DNA of 64,000 bases from Squatina squatina (Eukaryota): NCBI GenBank assembly GCA_031763465.1, contig JARFOE010000008.1:31115-95114 (forward strand), given 5' to 3'. The translations under genes and the position numbers were made by a program. Positions 50,728 to 62,114 of this stretch are shown here, in pieces (within the stretch, counting starts at the first letter, position 1; each line of letters opens with the position of its first letter). Under the pieces are notes generated by a model. That model was not told the origin of the DNA. It ran no database searches and was given only the letters and a program-made list of their open reading frames with translations.

Positions 50728-50746
50728 AGGCCACAAGGTGGCAGTG
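50728..50746 (+). promoter_or_regulatory. Candidate CTCF site
   Basis: AGGCCACAAGGTGGCAGTG; about 600 bp beyond the V7 RSS in the same contig. Confidence 0.5.
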
Positions 50747-51352
50747 AAAGATTGAGTTTTTCTATTACACTGGACCTGATCTCACGAACAGCATGTCTCT
50801 GTTTACATTACACCAGGCCCTGCCTTAGTCACTACGCCACGAGAGCATGTCTCTGTTGATACTACACTAGTCGGTCACGTTTGAGCAGCGTGTCATCGGC
50901 CATGTTTTGTGTGATGTGCGTCCGCCCTGTTTGCTTAACGTACCGTCGGCCTTGTTTGAGTGACATTAATTCGGGCATGCTGTGTGACGTAGCATGGCCA
51001 GTCTTGGTGTGAGCTTTGAGTGTGGGGAACCTCTTTCTCAGAGCTGAACTGAACATCGATCCATTAATCTTTGGGAAACCAGCTGACCAGCAGCAGAAAG
51101 GACGGTTTCACCGGTCGATTCATTCTGTGATCGCTCTTTCGGGCCGATTTGATTCTGCAGTTTCTTTTCTTGGCCGTTCCCTGGAAACAGTTGGGTGACA
51201 GTTTGATCCGCGGTTAATTTGGTTTCCTCTCGCTGTGTGTTTGAGCGCCTGCCAGCACGCTGCACATTGTGGCTGCACCTGCCCGCGATTCCTCGCAGCC
51301 CCAACAGATCGGAGCCGCGACATACAGTCCAATGGCAGGTTTTGTCCGGGGC

Positions 51353-51391
51353 AGTTTTTGTACGGGGGGTGAGACTGTTTCGATCACTGTG
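51353..51391 (-). other. 23-RSS of V7
   Basis: CACAGTG (51391-51385), 23 nt, ACAAAAACT (51361-51353). Confidence 0.93.
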
Positions 51392-51686
51392 AGTCCATGA
51401 GAGCGCAGTGATACACGGCAGCATCGGTCAGCTGCAGCGCGAAGATAGCTGCACTACCGAATTTCGCCGAGGTCTGGAGCTCTGCAGAGAAACGGATTCC
51501 GAAACCTTCTCCTCTCTGTTCCTCTGTGTCGAAAGACCGCCTCCTGATTAAAAACTGCGGTTCCTTCTCTGCTTGTTGCCGGTACCAATATAAATAATAT
51601 ATCGTGGCTGTAGTATTATAGGTGCATCTTATGGTCACCGCTGCACCTTCTGTCCTGCGCACTGAAGACTGGGACTGAGTAACAGA
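51392..51686 (-). CDS. TCR alpha/delta V exon V7 (5' end and leader in gap)
   Basis: SVTQSQSSVRRTEGAAVTIRCTY...WYRQQAEKEPQF...RFSAELQTS...DAAVYHCALMD; open frame. Confidence 0.88.
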
Positions 51687-52507
51687 NNNNNNNNNNNNNN
51701 NNNNNNNNNNNNNNNNNNNNNNNNNNNNNNNNNNNNNNNNNNNNNNNNNNNNNNNNNNNNNNNNNNNNNNNNNNNNNNNNNNNNNNGGTCCAGTTCTGTA
51801 TAACTGAAACAGGGTCAAGTGCAATATAAACAGGGGTATGGTCTAGTGCAGTGATAAACGAGAGGGTGTCTAGTGTAATATAAATATCGTCAAAATTTAG
51901 TGTAATACAAAAAGATACATGGCCTAGTGCAGTACTAACTGAGACATTGCTCAGATCTATAATCAGTGAGTATAGACAAGCATTGAGCTGCTTCACCGAG
52001 GAGAGCCTCACTCACCTGCATAGATACAGGTACTCAGATCATTAACATTTGTGAAGAGGCAGGAATTGAGCTGTTCTACCGTAGGCGTCTTCACTCACCT
52101 GCACAGATACATTGCTGCGATCTCAAAGTATCGAGAGCAGATAAGGATAGGGTGGATACAGCTTTGATTCTGGTGTGGGGGGCTCACACTGCTGCACAGG
52201 TAGATTGCTCAAATCTTTAACAAATGATTACACGTAGACACTGAGATGATTCGCCATGGTGTACCTCACTCACACACACAGGTACATTGCTGAGATCTTC
52301 CTTTCATTCAATCACTTCCATTGTTCTATTTATTGATTTTAACCTGCTGTGTGCTTTTCTGCTCTTTGTTTTTGTTATACCTTTATTTTGCCCATCTGCT
52401 CTTCTTTTCCGATTGCTCAGTTCTCCCCATCTTCCACATTCCCTTTAAAAAGTCAGTTTCCCCCTTTCCCATGTATTCTGGTGAAACCATGCAGTTTGCT
52501 GTATCTG

Positions 52508-52559
52508 TGACGTCAGTCTACAGCCTATGTGACGTCATTCTGCAGTCTGTGTGGCGTCA
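52508..52559. promoter_or_regulatory. Cluster of CRE motifs
   Basis: TGACGTCA at 52508 and 52530, and TGGCGTCA at 52552: 22-bp periodicity. Confidence 0.5.
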
Positions 52560-53029
52560 GTTTGTATTAAGTTGATCCCTGACCTTCAGTCTGAGTCAGT
52601 CTCTCTCGCTGTGTTTGAGGTACGTCAGTTTCCGGTCAGTGTGATGTTTCGTAGGCCACGTTGGAATGAGATATTTTCGAACATGTTTGAATGATGTGAT
52701 ATCGCCGATATTTGTGTGACGTTTGAATGTCAACAATCTCTTTCCCGAAGCTGATCTGCACATCGATCCTTAACTTTAATGGAAAACAGCTGTTCGGAAG
52801 CAGAATGAATAGTTTAACCGGGCGGTTCGTTCTGTGATCGATCATTCGGACAGATTCAATCTTGCAGTTTAATTTCTCGGCCGCTGCTCGAAATATTTGG
52901 GTGACAGTATGATCCGAGGTTAATTTAATTTCCTCTCGTTGTGTTTGAGCACGTGACAGCACACTGCATATTGTGATTGCAGCTGCACGCGATTCCCCAC
53001 AAGCGCAACAGACAGGCGCTTCCACTGGC

Positions 53030-53503
53030 AGCTTTTATCCGATGTTGGTAGTGTTTCCTATCACTGTGATTCCAGAGATAGCGTCAGTCAGCTGCAGTTT
53101 GGAGAGGGTTGAACTGGTGTGATTCGTCGCGGCCTCGAGCACTGCAGAGAAACGGATTCCGAAACGTTCTCCTTTCTTTTCCAATGTTTCCCAAGACCGT
53201 CTCCCCACCACAAACTGGGGCTGCTTCTCTCTTTGTTTCTGGTACCAACATAAGTGAATACGTTTGCTGTGGTCCAATAGTCACTGCTTCGCCATCTCTC
53301 CTGCTCACTGTAGATTGGGACTGAGTAACAGAATCTCCATCATTTGGCCTTACATGTGTTCAGGAATAAGGTAACACCTTGTATCCACAGGTACCAATGA
53401 AATACTATCAACACTTTTGCTTCAACACGACATGCTTGGAATCATCCTTACCGACAATAACCACCCCGAACACAGCCTAGGCGCTGAATATACGCTTGGC
53501 CAC
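53030..53503 (-). pseudogene. TCR V pseudogene V8 with degenerate RSS
   Basis: Leader 53503-53452 starts GTG and has an in-frame TAG. The V exon is frameshifted near the first Cys and lacks AVYYC. RSS: CACAGTG (53068-53062), 23 nt, ATAAAAGCT. Confidence 0.85.
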
Positions 53504-54389
53504 TGCCGAGCCCGAACGTGTCAGTCCTGCAAAAAACCCAGTCCTGAACTCGTATTGATCCAGTTAGAGGCTCCGAATGTTTCAACGTCATTTCCTGCTC
53601 TCATTGTTTTCATCCAATCAAGCAATCTCCATCACCTACACCCACCATGCACAGGTGCACAGGATTGGGGAGCCGACACATCCACCCACCAAGATCTGAC
53701 CCCTCACCCATGTCGTGGATCGAACATACTTGGTCCAGCGATCAGCTTTGGTGTGCTCCCCGCTCGACAGGAAGCTAAACCTGTCAATCAAACTGATGCC
53801 CAGTCAGGGAACCAGCCAAGGCCAAAAGATGCACTCTGTTAAAACTCCACAGCATTTGGGGAAAATTGGACTTTGGGTTTCTTGCCCAAACTCCATCCCC
53901 GCGCCTATGTAACGTGCTCCTGTTAATATCCAGGCCTAGGGGTCTGAACAAGTTGGATTACCGTGGCAACCTTACACAGGATCACTTGGGATATACGGCA
54001 CAGAAACAGGCCATTCGGCCCAACCAGTCCATGCCGGCGTTTATGCTCCACTCGAGCCTCCTCNNNNNNNNNNNNNNNNNNNNNNNNNNNNNNNNNNNNN
54101 NNNNNNNNNNNNNNNNNNNNNNNNNNNNNNNNNNNNNNNNNNNNNNNNNNNNNNNNNNNNNNNATTACAAGGGAATGGCAGACAGAATCTCCTGGCCCGC
54201 CGGGGCCAGTGACAGACTTTGACAGACTCACGAGTCTTAAACCCACAGACCATTTGGAGTTTTCCCTTCACATCACAAGAGGTGAAGGTGAGCAACTGAT
54301 TCCGTTGGAAGGTGCTGAAGCTTCATTAAATGACATTTTATTCAGTCGAACCCAACACCTTCCCGTTGCAGCACCTGCACTGTGGGGAA

Positions 54390-54821
54390 ATGTATTTCTG
54401 TTTAACTTGCCTGATTTAATTCTCAGGTAACTGTTGGTGCTGACGGGATGATTCTGTGGGATAGACACAGTGATATAATGGTGTTAATTTACGATCGCTT
54501 TGGGCTCTTTGCAGGACATTGTCGAGGGGACTCGGTCTCACAGACACCGGCTGAAACCACAGTAAGTGAAGGAGACGATGTTCAGTTGCGTTGTAATTAT
54601 ACAGCTAAAAGTAGCACCACCCTTTACCTGTACTGGTACCGTCAGCATCCCAGCGGATCCATGGAGTATCTGCTGCAGAGTAACAAATGGAGCGAGAGCG
54701 AAGGGACAGGTCCAGGGAACCGTTTTTCAGCAAAGCTCGATGATTCGAGGCGAACCGTCCCATTAAACGTGTCTGAAACACAACTGACAGATTCCGCAGT
54801 GTACTACTGCGCACTGACACC
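54390..54821 (+). pseudogene. TCR alpha/delta V segment V6: intact V exon (54515-54821) but stop codon in the leader
   Basis: Leader 54390-54426 reads MYFCLTCLI*FS with donor gtaact; acceptor ends at 54514. The exon GHCRGDSVSQTP...LRCNY...WYRQ...DSAVYYCALTP is intact. Confidence 0.8.
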
Positions 54822-54860
54822 CACAGAGACACAGAGCTGGGCTGCACCTGTACAAAAACT
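54822..54860 (+). other. 23-RSS of V6
   Basis: CACAGAG, 23 nt, ACAAAAACT (54852-54860). Confidence 0.88.
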
Positions 54861-55096
54861 GTCAGAGCGTCGCTCAACATTTCAATGCGTGAGAGGGTCC
54901 TTGAGATCAGGGGCGAGTCTTAGCTGATCTCTGTATTTGTGATTGGATATTGTGCTGTTAATCCTAATACATATTTATATTTATTCCTGCAATTTGNNNN
55001 NNNNNNNNNNNNNNNNNNNNNNNNNNNNNNNNNNNNNNNNNNNNNNNNNNNNNNNNNNNNNNNNNNNNNNNNNNNNNNNNNNNNNNNNNNNNNNNN

Positions 55097-55140
55097 CTTT
55101 CTGTTGGATCTTGCTGTGTGCAGTTTGATAACACAGCCGG
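55097..55140 (+). pseudogene. Inactivated leader relic of V9 (5' part in gap)
   Basis: FCWILLCAV-TGA-TAA...CCGG|gtaact. Homologous to 27646-27702, with stops at the same two codons. Confidence 0.7.
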
Positions 55141-55665
55141 GTAACTCTGGGTCAAACGTCTTTGTCAGCTGATGGTCTCAGTGAGGAGGAGAATGGACGA
55201 TAAAAATGTTTCTTCTGGTTTACATTTTGGCAAGAAATTTAGAAACAGAAATGTAACAGGAATGATAGCATCACACAGCACAAAAAGAGGTCATCATGCA
55301 GGTGCCGAATCTTTGAAGGTGCAGTCCAATTGGTCTCAACCCCGTGCTCTTTTCCCACACCCCGGCAATTTTTTCCTTTTCCAGCAATGATAAAATTTCC
55401 AATGAAGGTTACGATTGAATCTGCTTCCCCCACATTTTCAGGCAGCGCTTTCCAGATCATAATAATTCGCTGCGTAAGAGAAACCTTCTCATCTCTACCC
55501 ACCAGCCTCCCCCCACACCCCCGCGATTCTATTATCAATTACATTGAAGAAATTATCAAATGACGAACAGCATTAGAGCGAGAGGCAGAATTATTCCTGT
55601 GATTGGCAAGAGTCGCTGGGTCAACAGCACCTAAATAATTAAAAATTTCAATTTTAATCCTGCAG

Positions 55666-55971
55666 ATTCCAGTTTCTCACTGTTCCAGAGTACGCCACTA
55701 CAAACCTCTGCTGCCGGGGACACCTTTTCTTTAAATTGCGAATATTCAGGATTCTGTCAGTGCACCGGGCACTGGTACCCTCAGTCCCCAGGGCAGGATC
55801 CAAAAGACCTGCTTCAAAGACACACTTCAGGAGAGGGGAATAAAGAAAACATTGCCGGGGGCCGAATTTCTGCTTCTATGAATCCTGCCGAGAAAATCAG
55901 CCAGGTAAATATCGCGAAAATGCAAGTGAGTGACGCCGCTGTGTATTACTGTGCACTGAGTCCACACACAA
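55666..55971 (+). CDS. Second supporting-type TCR delta V exon V9 (open frame, probably non-functional)
   Basis: Not in the ORF track because it has no start codon. Acceptor ends at 55665; reads (D)SSFSLFQSTPLQTSAAGDTFSLNCEYSGFCQCTGHWYPQSPGQDPKDLLQRHTSGEGNKEN...DAAVYYCALSPHT. Close paralog of V5. Confidence 0.82.
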
Positions 55972-56066
55972 CACAGTGACACAGGGAGAGATCTGTACAA
56001 AAACCTGAACATGGTGGGGATTACACACACAGTGATACAGAGCATGGCGAGAACTGTTCAAAAACC
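55972..56066 (+). other. Tandem pair of RSSs behind V9
   Basis: RSS1: CACAGTG at 55972, 18-nt spacer, ACAAAAACC (55997-56005). Linker TGAACATGGTGGGGATTACACA. RSS2: CACAGTG at 56028, 23 nt, TCAAAAACC (56058-56066). Confidence 0.88.
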
Positions 56067-56360
56067 TTAACACGATATAAAGAGGGATGAGGACCTGCAG
56101 CCATATTTTATGGAGCTAGACAAGGGATTACAAAGCAGGACCTCAAAGGCTATACTCTCCATATTACTCCCGGTGCCAGGAACGAGTGAGCATAGCAATA
56201 GCAGGATAGAGAAGATGAATACGTGGCTGGAGAGTTAGTGTCGGAGGGTGGGCTTTCGATGCCTGGGACACGGAGACCGGTTCTGAGGCAGGCAGGAGCT
56301 GTTCAGGCCGGACGGGTTGCACTTCAACAGTGCCAGGGAACAATATTCTCGCGGTAGGAG
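56067..56360 (+). mobile_element. CR1 ORF1 esterase fragment, same insertion as 26200-26527
   Basis: KRDEDLQ...SRTSK...LLPVP...MNTWLE...PDGLHFN; starts immediately after the last nonamer. Confidence 0.75.
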
Positions 56361-58295
56361 GTGTGGGCGGGCTGGGGTGGGAAGCTGTTTGGGTGGGGGT
56401 GGGAGGTTGCACNNNNNNNNNNNNNNNNNNNNNNNNNNNNNNNNNNNNNNNNNNNNNNNNNNNNNNNNNNNNNNNNNNNNNNNNNNNNNNNNNNNNNNNN
56501 NNNNNNNNNNNNATTTAAATTACGGCCTCTTGTTCTGGATTCCCCCACAAAGAAAATAGTTTCTCTGTATCTACGCTAATGAAATACCTCAATTAGATCA
56601 CCCCTCAACCATCTAAGCTCAAGGGAATACAAGCAAGGTTTATGTAATCTGTCACCATAAATTAATCCTTCAAGGCCTGGTATTATTCTGGTGAATCTGC
56701 ATTGTACCCCTTCCAAAGCCAATGTATCTTTCCTAAGGTACGGTGCCCAAATCTGAATGCAGTTCTCCAGATGGNNNNNNNNNNGATAAGGAATCTTCAG
56801 CACATGTACAAACATTGGGTTAGGGTCCCAATTACATTCAAGAATTCCTTAAAGTACACCTGGATGATTAGAATTCGAAGCCATAATTAGACTTCTGTAA
56901 CCAAACAAAATAACTAATCAGTTTACCAGAACCTTTTTCCTACTTGAAGCAAAAACATCCCGAGGACTCAGTTCATTTCAGGATGTAGGATAGAGGACAC
57001 AGGTGTATTATATTGAACTGGAAAATGAATGGTTGCATGTCCCCACACATCGTGGGTTTTATTGATATTGATTAACCTTTCAAAATGCTTACACAGGACA
57101 TCCAAGGGTATATTCATTGATTCCACATTCACAGTGGGGAATCAAACCTGAAGGGAGTGCAGATCCAAGTGTAGCCTCAATTCTCTTACCCTTGCTCCCT
57201 TCAAGCAAGGCTCCCCATTGGGACTGTGGAATCAATAAGTTAACCCTCCAGTGTTTGTCAGAAAGAANNNNNNNNNNNNNNNNNNNNNNNNNNNNNNNNN
57301 NNNNNNNNNNNNNNNNNNNNNNNNNNNNNNNNNNNNNNNNNNNNNNNNNNNNNNNNNNNNNNNNNNNNNNNNNNNNNNNNNNNNNNNNNNNNNNNNNNNN
57401 NNNNNNNNNNNNNNNNNNNNNNNNNNNNNNNNNNNNNNNNNNNNNNNNNNNNNNNNNNNNNNNNNNNNNNNNNNNNNNNNNNNNNNNNNNNNNNNNNNNN
57501 NNNNNNNNNNNNNNNNNNNNNNNNNNNNNNNNNNNNNNNNNNNNNNNNNNNNNNNNNNNNNNNNNNNNNNNNNNNNNNNNNNNNNNNNNNNNNNNNNNNN
57601 NNNNNNNNNNNNNNNNNNNNNNNNNNNNNNNNNNNNNNNNNNNNNNNNNGAANNNNNNNNNNNNNNNNNNNNNNNNNNNNNNNNNNNNNNNNNNNNNNNN
57701 NNNNNNNNNNNNNNNNNNNNNNNNNNNNNNNNNNNNNNNNNNNNNNNNNNNNNNNNNNNNNNNNNNNNNNNNNNNNNNNNNNNNNNNNNNNNNGAAAGTA
57801 GGAGAAAGAAAGAAAGAAAGAAGGCAAGAAAGAAGGAGAAAGAAAGATGGAATGAGGAAGAATGACGGAACGAACGAAAGNNNNNNNNNNNNNNNNNNNN
57901 NNNNNNNNNNNNNNNNNNNNNNNNNNNNNNNNNNNNNNNNNNNNNNNNNNNNNNNNNNNNNNNNNNNNNNNNNNNNNNNNTTACGCAGCGAGTGGTTAGG
58001 ATCTGGAATGCACGGCCTGAGAGGGTGGTGGAGGCAGATTCAATCGTGGCTTTCAAAGGGAATTGAATAAGTACCTGAATAACAAAAATTTGCAATGCTA
58101 CGGGGTAAGGACGGGGGAGTGGGACCAGCTGAAATGCACTTGCCGAGCCGGTACAGGCTCGATGGGCCGAAAGGCCGCCTTCTGTGCCATAACTATTCTA
58201 TGATTCTGTGATATCCAGAAAAGTAAACTCCAGCCCAGTTACAGGGATTAATTATATCAGCAGAAGCAATCCCCAACAGTCAGAGTGAACATGGT

Positions 58296-59396
58296 TCAGT
58301 CCAGGATGTGATTAACAGCAACAATAACAGCAGAATCCAACCCCTGCAGAGACTTGTGAACTCGCTGGTGTCTCCGCAGGTTGGATGACTGAGTGAATCC
58401 CTTCCCACACTCTGAGCAGGTGAACGACCTCTCCCCGGTGTGAACTCGTTGATGTGCCAGAAGGCTGGATGATGTGATGAATGCCTTCCCACACATAGAG
58501 CAGGTGAACGGCCTCTCCCCGGTGTGACCTCGTTGATGTGTCAGAAGGTGGGTTGACTGAGTGAATCCCTTCCCACACATGGAGCAGGTAAACGGTCTCT
58601 CCCCAGTGTGAACTCGCTGGTGTTCCAGCAGGGCGGATGATGTGGTGAAGCCCTTCCCACACTCAGAGCAGGTGAACGGCCTCTCCCCAGTGTGAACTCG
58701 CTGGTGTGTCAGCAGGTGGGATGAACGAGTGAATCCCTTCCCACACTCAGAGCAGGTGAACGGCTTCTCCCCAGTGTGAACTCGCTGGTGTGTCATCAGC
58801 TGGGATGATCGAGTGAATCCCTTCCCACACTCTGTGCAGGTGAACGACCTCTCCCCAGCATGAACTCGCTGGTGTACAGTGAGGTGTGAAGAAGAAGTGA
58901 AGACCTTCCCACACTCAGAGCAGGAAAATGGCCTCTCCCCAGTGTGAACTCGCCGGTGTGCCCGCAGGTGGGATAACTGAGTGAATTCCTTCCCACACTC
59001 TGTGCAGGTGAATGGCCTCTCCCCGGTGTGAACACGCTGGTGTACAGTGACGGTCGATAAGTGCGTGAAACTCTTCCCGCAATGAGAGCAACTGAACGGC
59101 CTCTCCCCAGTATGAACTCGCTGGTGTTGAATTAGTTCCTGAGAGGTTTTAAAGCTGTTCCCACAGTCAGAGCATTTAAAAGGTCTCTCCCCAGTGTGAA
59201 CTCGCTGGTGCGTTAGAAGGTGAGATGAACGAGTGAATCCCTTCCCACACACGGGGCAGGTGAACGGCCTCTCTCCGGTGTGACTGCGTCGATGAATTTC
59301 CAGATGGGATGGGCAATTGAATCCCTTCCCACAGTCTCCACATTTCCACGGTTTCTCCTTGGTGTGGGTGTCCTTGTGTCTCTCCAGATTGGATGA
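58296..59396 (-). CDS. C2H2 zinc-finger array (12 fingers); start unresolved, possibly a pseudogene
   Basis: Open frame 59396-58296. The paralogous start ATG (T-M-E-K) reads AAG here, the upstream finger has a frameshift plus TAA, and the usual HK-TGA stop is replaced by TCT. Confidence 0.75.
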   Translation of the reverse strand, partial: SSNLERHKDTHTKEKPWKCGDCGKGFNCPSHLEIHRRSHTGERPFTCPVCGKGFTRSSHLLTHQRVHTGERPFKCSDCGNSFKTSQELIQHQRVHTGERPFSCSHCGKSFTHLSTVTVHQRVHTGERPFTCTECGKEFTQLSHLRAHRRVHTGERPFSCSECGKVFTSSSHLTVHQRVHAGERSFTCTECGKGFTRSSQLMTHQRVHTGEKPFTCSECGKGFTRSSHLLTHQRVHTGERPFTCSECGKGFTTSSALLEHQRVHTGERPFTCSMCGKGFTQSTHLLTHQRGHTGERPFTCSMCGKAFITSSSLLAHQRVHTGERSFTCSECGKGFTQSSNLRRHQRVHKSLQGLDSAVIVAVNHILD

Positions 59397-59881
59397 TTAG
59401 TTGAAGCCTCGTCCACACACACCGCGCGTGTAGTTTCTCTCCACTGTGAATGGTGCAATGTTTTTTCAAGCTGTGTAACTTAAAGCTCGTTCTATAGTCA
59501 GTGTACTGTACTCTCTCTCTGGGGTGTGGGTCTTGGTGGTGTGTGTCTCAGTGCTCTTCCAGTCCCACTGATGTTTGGAATCTTTTCCCACAGACAGAAC
59601 AAGCAAACATTTCTCTTTCCACATTCAAAAGCTGATGATATTCAAGTCCTGATGAATCGAGAGACTGTCAGATCTTGACATCATATTTGGTTCTAGTTTT
59701 CCAGTTGCAAATCCTCCTCTTCTTATGCACTGTAAAAGGAGTTACAAAAGTCAGCACTGGAAGTGCAGGATAGAAATTGAGAACAGACAATTCTAGTTTC
59801 TATGGAACAGTCTTGTTCCCCCAAAGCTGTAAATCCCTGTCCCACACACTCTCCCTCATATGCTACAATCCAAACTCCTCA

Positions 59882-60310
59882 GGTGTCAGCTGTGGCTCAG
59901 TGGGTAACACACTCGCCTCTGAGTCAGAAGGTTGTGGGTTCAAGTCCCATTCCATGGACTTGAGCACATAAATCTAAGCTAACACTCCAGTGTAGTAATG
60001 AGGGAGTGCTGCACTATCGAAGGTGCCATCTCTGGATGAGACATTAAACTGAGGCGCCGTCTGCTCTCACGTGGACGTAAAAGATCCCGTGGCATTATTT
60101 CGAATAAGAGCAGGGGAGTTATCCCAATATTTATCCCTCAATCGACATAACAAATACAGATTATCTGGTCATTATTACATTGCTGTTTGTGGGAGCTTGC
60201 TGTGCGCAAAACTATCTGCCACGTTACCCACATTACAACAGTCACTACACTTCAGAAAGTACTTCAATGGCTGTAAAGCACTTCGAGAGGTCCATGGCTG
60301 TGGAAGGTGC
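59882..60310 (+). mobile_element. tRNA-derived Deu-type SINE (SacSINE1-like)
   Basis: A box TGGCTCAGTGG and B box GGTTCAAGTCC, central GATGAGACATTAAAC...GTAAAAGATCCC domain, and TGTAAAGCACTT tail. Confidence 0.75.
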
Positions 60311-60319
60311 TCTCTAAGG

Positions 60320-60790
60320 ATGTGAATGCACTAGAGAGGGTTCAGTGGAGATTTACCAGGATGTTGCCTGGACTGGAGAATTTTAGCTATAGGAAAGATT
60401 AGATAGGCTGGGGCTGTTTTCGTTGGAGCAGAGGAGGTTTAGTGGAGAAAATTATAAAATTATGCAGGGCCCAGAGAGTGTGGATAGGAAGGACCTATTC
60501 CCCTTTGCTGAGGGGTCAATAACTAAGGGGACAGATTTAGGGTAAGAGGTCGGAGGTTTCGAGCGGTTTTGAGGGACTTTTTTTCACACAGTGGGTGGTG
60601 GGGATCTGGAACTCACTGCCTGAAAGGGAGAAACCCTCAGAACATTAAAAAGTACTTGGATATGCATTTGAAGTGCTGTAACCTCCAAGGCTACGGACCA
60701 AGAGCCGGAAAGTGGGATTCGGTTGGATAGCTCATGGTCGTCCGGCGCGGACACGATGGGCCGAATGGCCTCCTTCCGTGCTATAAATTT
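60320..60790 (+). mobile_element. CR1 LINE 3' end
   Basis: ALERVQWRFTRMLPGL...WNSLP, plus the 3' tail GGGCCGAATGGCCTCCTTCCGTGCT. Confidence 0.8.
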
Positions 60791-60929
60791 CTCTGATAAA
60801 TGTAAGTCTTTCTTTCATAACACCACCTCCAACATTTCTTTCCTCCACCCCCAGTTTTCTCCCTCCCTCTGCTCTGGGTGGGTTCAGTTCTTCACCCGCT
60901 GTGTGCAGAGTGAGGATAAAATCAATGAG

Positions 60930-61440
60930 GCAATGATTGTCTCTCCTGGTCACTGGGACCCTGAAGCCCCGCCCACTCCCTGCTCCTGCACCAAGATGGC
61001 CGCGCAGGCGCGCTGATCCTCCCTGTCCAAGATGGCGGCCGCTCCCCCGGGCATGTCCGCGCGGGGCAAACACGGGGTCTGAGGCCCTCCCCGGGTGTTT
61101 AGGAAGGTTCCCGGCCCACCCAGGGTGTCCAATTTTAATACATAGCGGAGAGAAGCGCGAGCCAGGAGATAAATAAAGATAAAATACAAACCGAGCAGCC
61201 CCCCGGCACCGAGCGAAGCAGAGTGAGCGGCTGCACCACGTGGCCTTCTGCAGGGAACCAGACAGGGGCACGTGATCAACACCGCGGCTGTGACTGACTT
61301 AAGCTCCGACCAATAGTGAGAGAGCGGGGCGGGGCTTGAAGGAGTACGCTGACCAATCGGGGAGTCCTGGGGCGGAACTTTTGCCGCCTGCTTCTCTCAC
61401 TGCTGAGACAAGTGGAATGCAGTAGAGGGCGCTCTTCTGA
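60930..61440. promoter_or_regulatory. CpG-rich promoter, likely of the zinc-finger gene at 58296-59396
   Basis: YY1-like CAAGATGGC at 60992 and 61028, GC boxes, two CCAAT, two CACGTG, and a CTCF-like TGCAGTAGAGGGCGCTC at 61418. Confidence 0.55.
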
Positions 61441-61559
61441 GTTTGGGGCTCAGGCCTGTGAATGGAGCAGTGCAGAGGGAACTTTACTCTGTGCTTTACT
61501 CCCTCAGTACTGCACTGGAGGGGCAGCCTGGAGTATTGGACTCCGCTCTCTGGAGTGGG

Positions 61560-61960
61560 ACTTCAACCCAAAGGTTGTGGGTTCACGCCCCACTCCATGG
61601 AAGTGAGCACAAAAAATCTAAGCTGACACTCCAGTGCAGGGCTGAGGGAGCGCTGCACCGTCAGAGGGGCCGTCTTTCAGATGAAATATTAAACCGAGGC
61701 CCTGCCTGCTCTCTCAGGTGGATGTAAAAGATTCCATGGACCTATGTTGAAGAAAAGAACTGGGGAGTCCCGGTGTCCTGGCCAATTTTTATCACTCAAT
61801 CAACAAACAAAAGCCAGATTTGTGGGAGCTTGCTTGTGTGAAAATTGGCTGCCGGGTTTCCCACATTACAGCAGTGACTACACTCCAAAAGTATTTCATT
61901 GGCTGTAAAGCACTTTGAGATGTCCTGTGCCCGTGAAAGGCACAATGTCAATCTGTCTTT
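61560..61960 (+). mobile_element. Second Deu-type SINE copy
   Basis: Colinear with 59925-60310. Confidence 0.75.
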
Positions 61961-62114
61961 TTTTCTTTTTCTGACTTAGATGTGAGAGTGCTACCACCTA
62001 AACCACGGCTGACACTCTGTGTCTAATCTGTGCTGTCCCTGCCATTGAAAGCGTTTGCTGGAACAACATAGAAAAAAAGACTTGTATTTCTATTGCGTCT
62101 TTCACGACCACTGT

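Noticed and set aside
54448-54514. In-frame intronic ATG as an alternative start for V6 (similarly the ORF-track starts at 785 and 5456)
   Set aside because: It lies inside the leader intron, and the encoded peptide is not a convincing signal sequence.
54860-55140. V6 as the upstream partner domain of supporting V9
   Set aside because: They are separated by a 100-N gap, V6 is a conventional TCR V rather than NAR-like, and no D or J is visible between them.
59882-59955. tRNA gene
   Set aside because: The A and B boxes continue into a SINE body and tail shared with 61560-61960; this is a SINE head.
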